DNA from: an uncultured Methanoregulaceae archaeon
Lineage (GTDB): Archaea > Halobacteriota > Methanomicrobia > Methanomicrobiales > Methanospirillaceae
DNA: 64,000 bases
Assembly (NCBI GenBank): GCA_963717525.1
Contig: OY970343.1
Span: forward strand, 1,952,001-2,016,000
Reading direction: 5' to 3'
Shown here: one piece after another, positions 63,478 through 64,000 of the stretch
Layout of the letters: every line of letters starts with the position of its first letter
Numbering within the stretch: position 1 is the first letter of the stretch
Position numbers and translations under genes: made by a program
Notes under the pieces: model-generated
What the model saw: only the letters and a program-made list of their open reading frames with translations
What the model was told of the DNA's origin: nothing
Databases searched by the model: none

Positions 63478-63999
63478 TTATTTGCTCACATCCAGGAGTG
63501 CAACCCGTTCGAGAACCAGATCCCGGAGGCGATCTTTTCCGGCTGCGGCGAGCTCTTCCCGTGTGATCCCAAACAGGCTCATAAGCCGGGTGGCTTTCGC
63601 GGCGGGGATGTCCTCTTGGGGCTCCTCGCAAAAATGCAGGTGGCAGGCAAACTCGTTCCAGATCCCCTGTGGTGCCGGGCAGCAGCAGATATACAGCCGG
63701 TTCTCTCCTTCGTGGAGGCCAAACGAGACAGCCGCGCTGCACTGCCGGGTCCCTGCGGCATACAGCAGCGCCTCCATCTCAAACGAGTTGGAGATTGCGT
63801 CACCCGAAGAAAAAGACCGGTGCGCATGCCGGAGTGCCGCCACTGCATGCACCCGGCCAGCCAGTTTATCCGCATCAAAGCAGACGATGCGGGAGCCCGC
63901 TCGACGGGAGACTTCCCGCAATACACCAAGCAGGGCAGGCAGATCCTGTACCATCACCTCTGCATACCGGATTGTGCAGGGCAGTTCCGATTCGATCAT
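63478..63999 (-). CDS. cgi121: KEOPS complex subunit Cgi121
   Basis: FDADKLAG..H, MEALLYAAGTRQC..A..FG, LVLERVALL; start is at the window edge. Confidence 0.85.
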   Translation of the reverse strand: MIESELPCTIRYAEVMVQDLPALLGVLREVSRRAGSRIVCFDADKLAGRVHAVAALRHAHRSFSSGDAISNSFEMEALLYAAGTRQCSAAVSFGLHEGENRLYICCCPAPQGIWNEFACHLHFCEEPQEDIPAAKATRLMSLFGITREELAAAGKDRLRDLVLERVALLDVSK

Positions 64000-64000
64000 G

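Overview
Chromosomal window from a hydrogenotrophic methanogenic archaeon, most consistent with Methanomicrobiales (Methanoregula-like); taxonomy is inferred from gene content (echA-F, two cofH, archaeal ribC, DP1, Orc1/Cdc6, Cgi121, Trm112). Most of it is housekeeping: Arg, Trp, purine, riboflavin, thiamine, PLP, F420 and cobamide biosynthesis, acetate uptake and activation, PEP synthase, Ech hydrogenase, membrane pyrophosphatase and class II ribonucleotide reductase. A probable replication origin (three ORB boxes) lies upstream of cdc6 at about 62.4-62.9 kb. An accessory block at about 32.7-38.1 kb holds the most unusual features: an HTH gene with a perfect operator palindrome coupled to a membrane protein, a family of G-run/C-run palindromic repeats, and an AT-rich gene made of two tandem PD-(D/E)XK-like units, only one of which keeps the catalytic residues. 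A structured element of about 305 bp with imperfect terminal inverted repeats sits between yunC and cofH. Five conserved genes carry single-base frameshifts that are most likely sequencing errors. No rRNA, tRNA, CRISPR array or transposase was recognised. All product calls come from motif and family recognition by eye, with no database searches.
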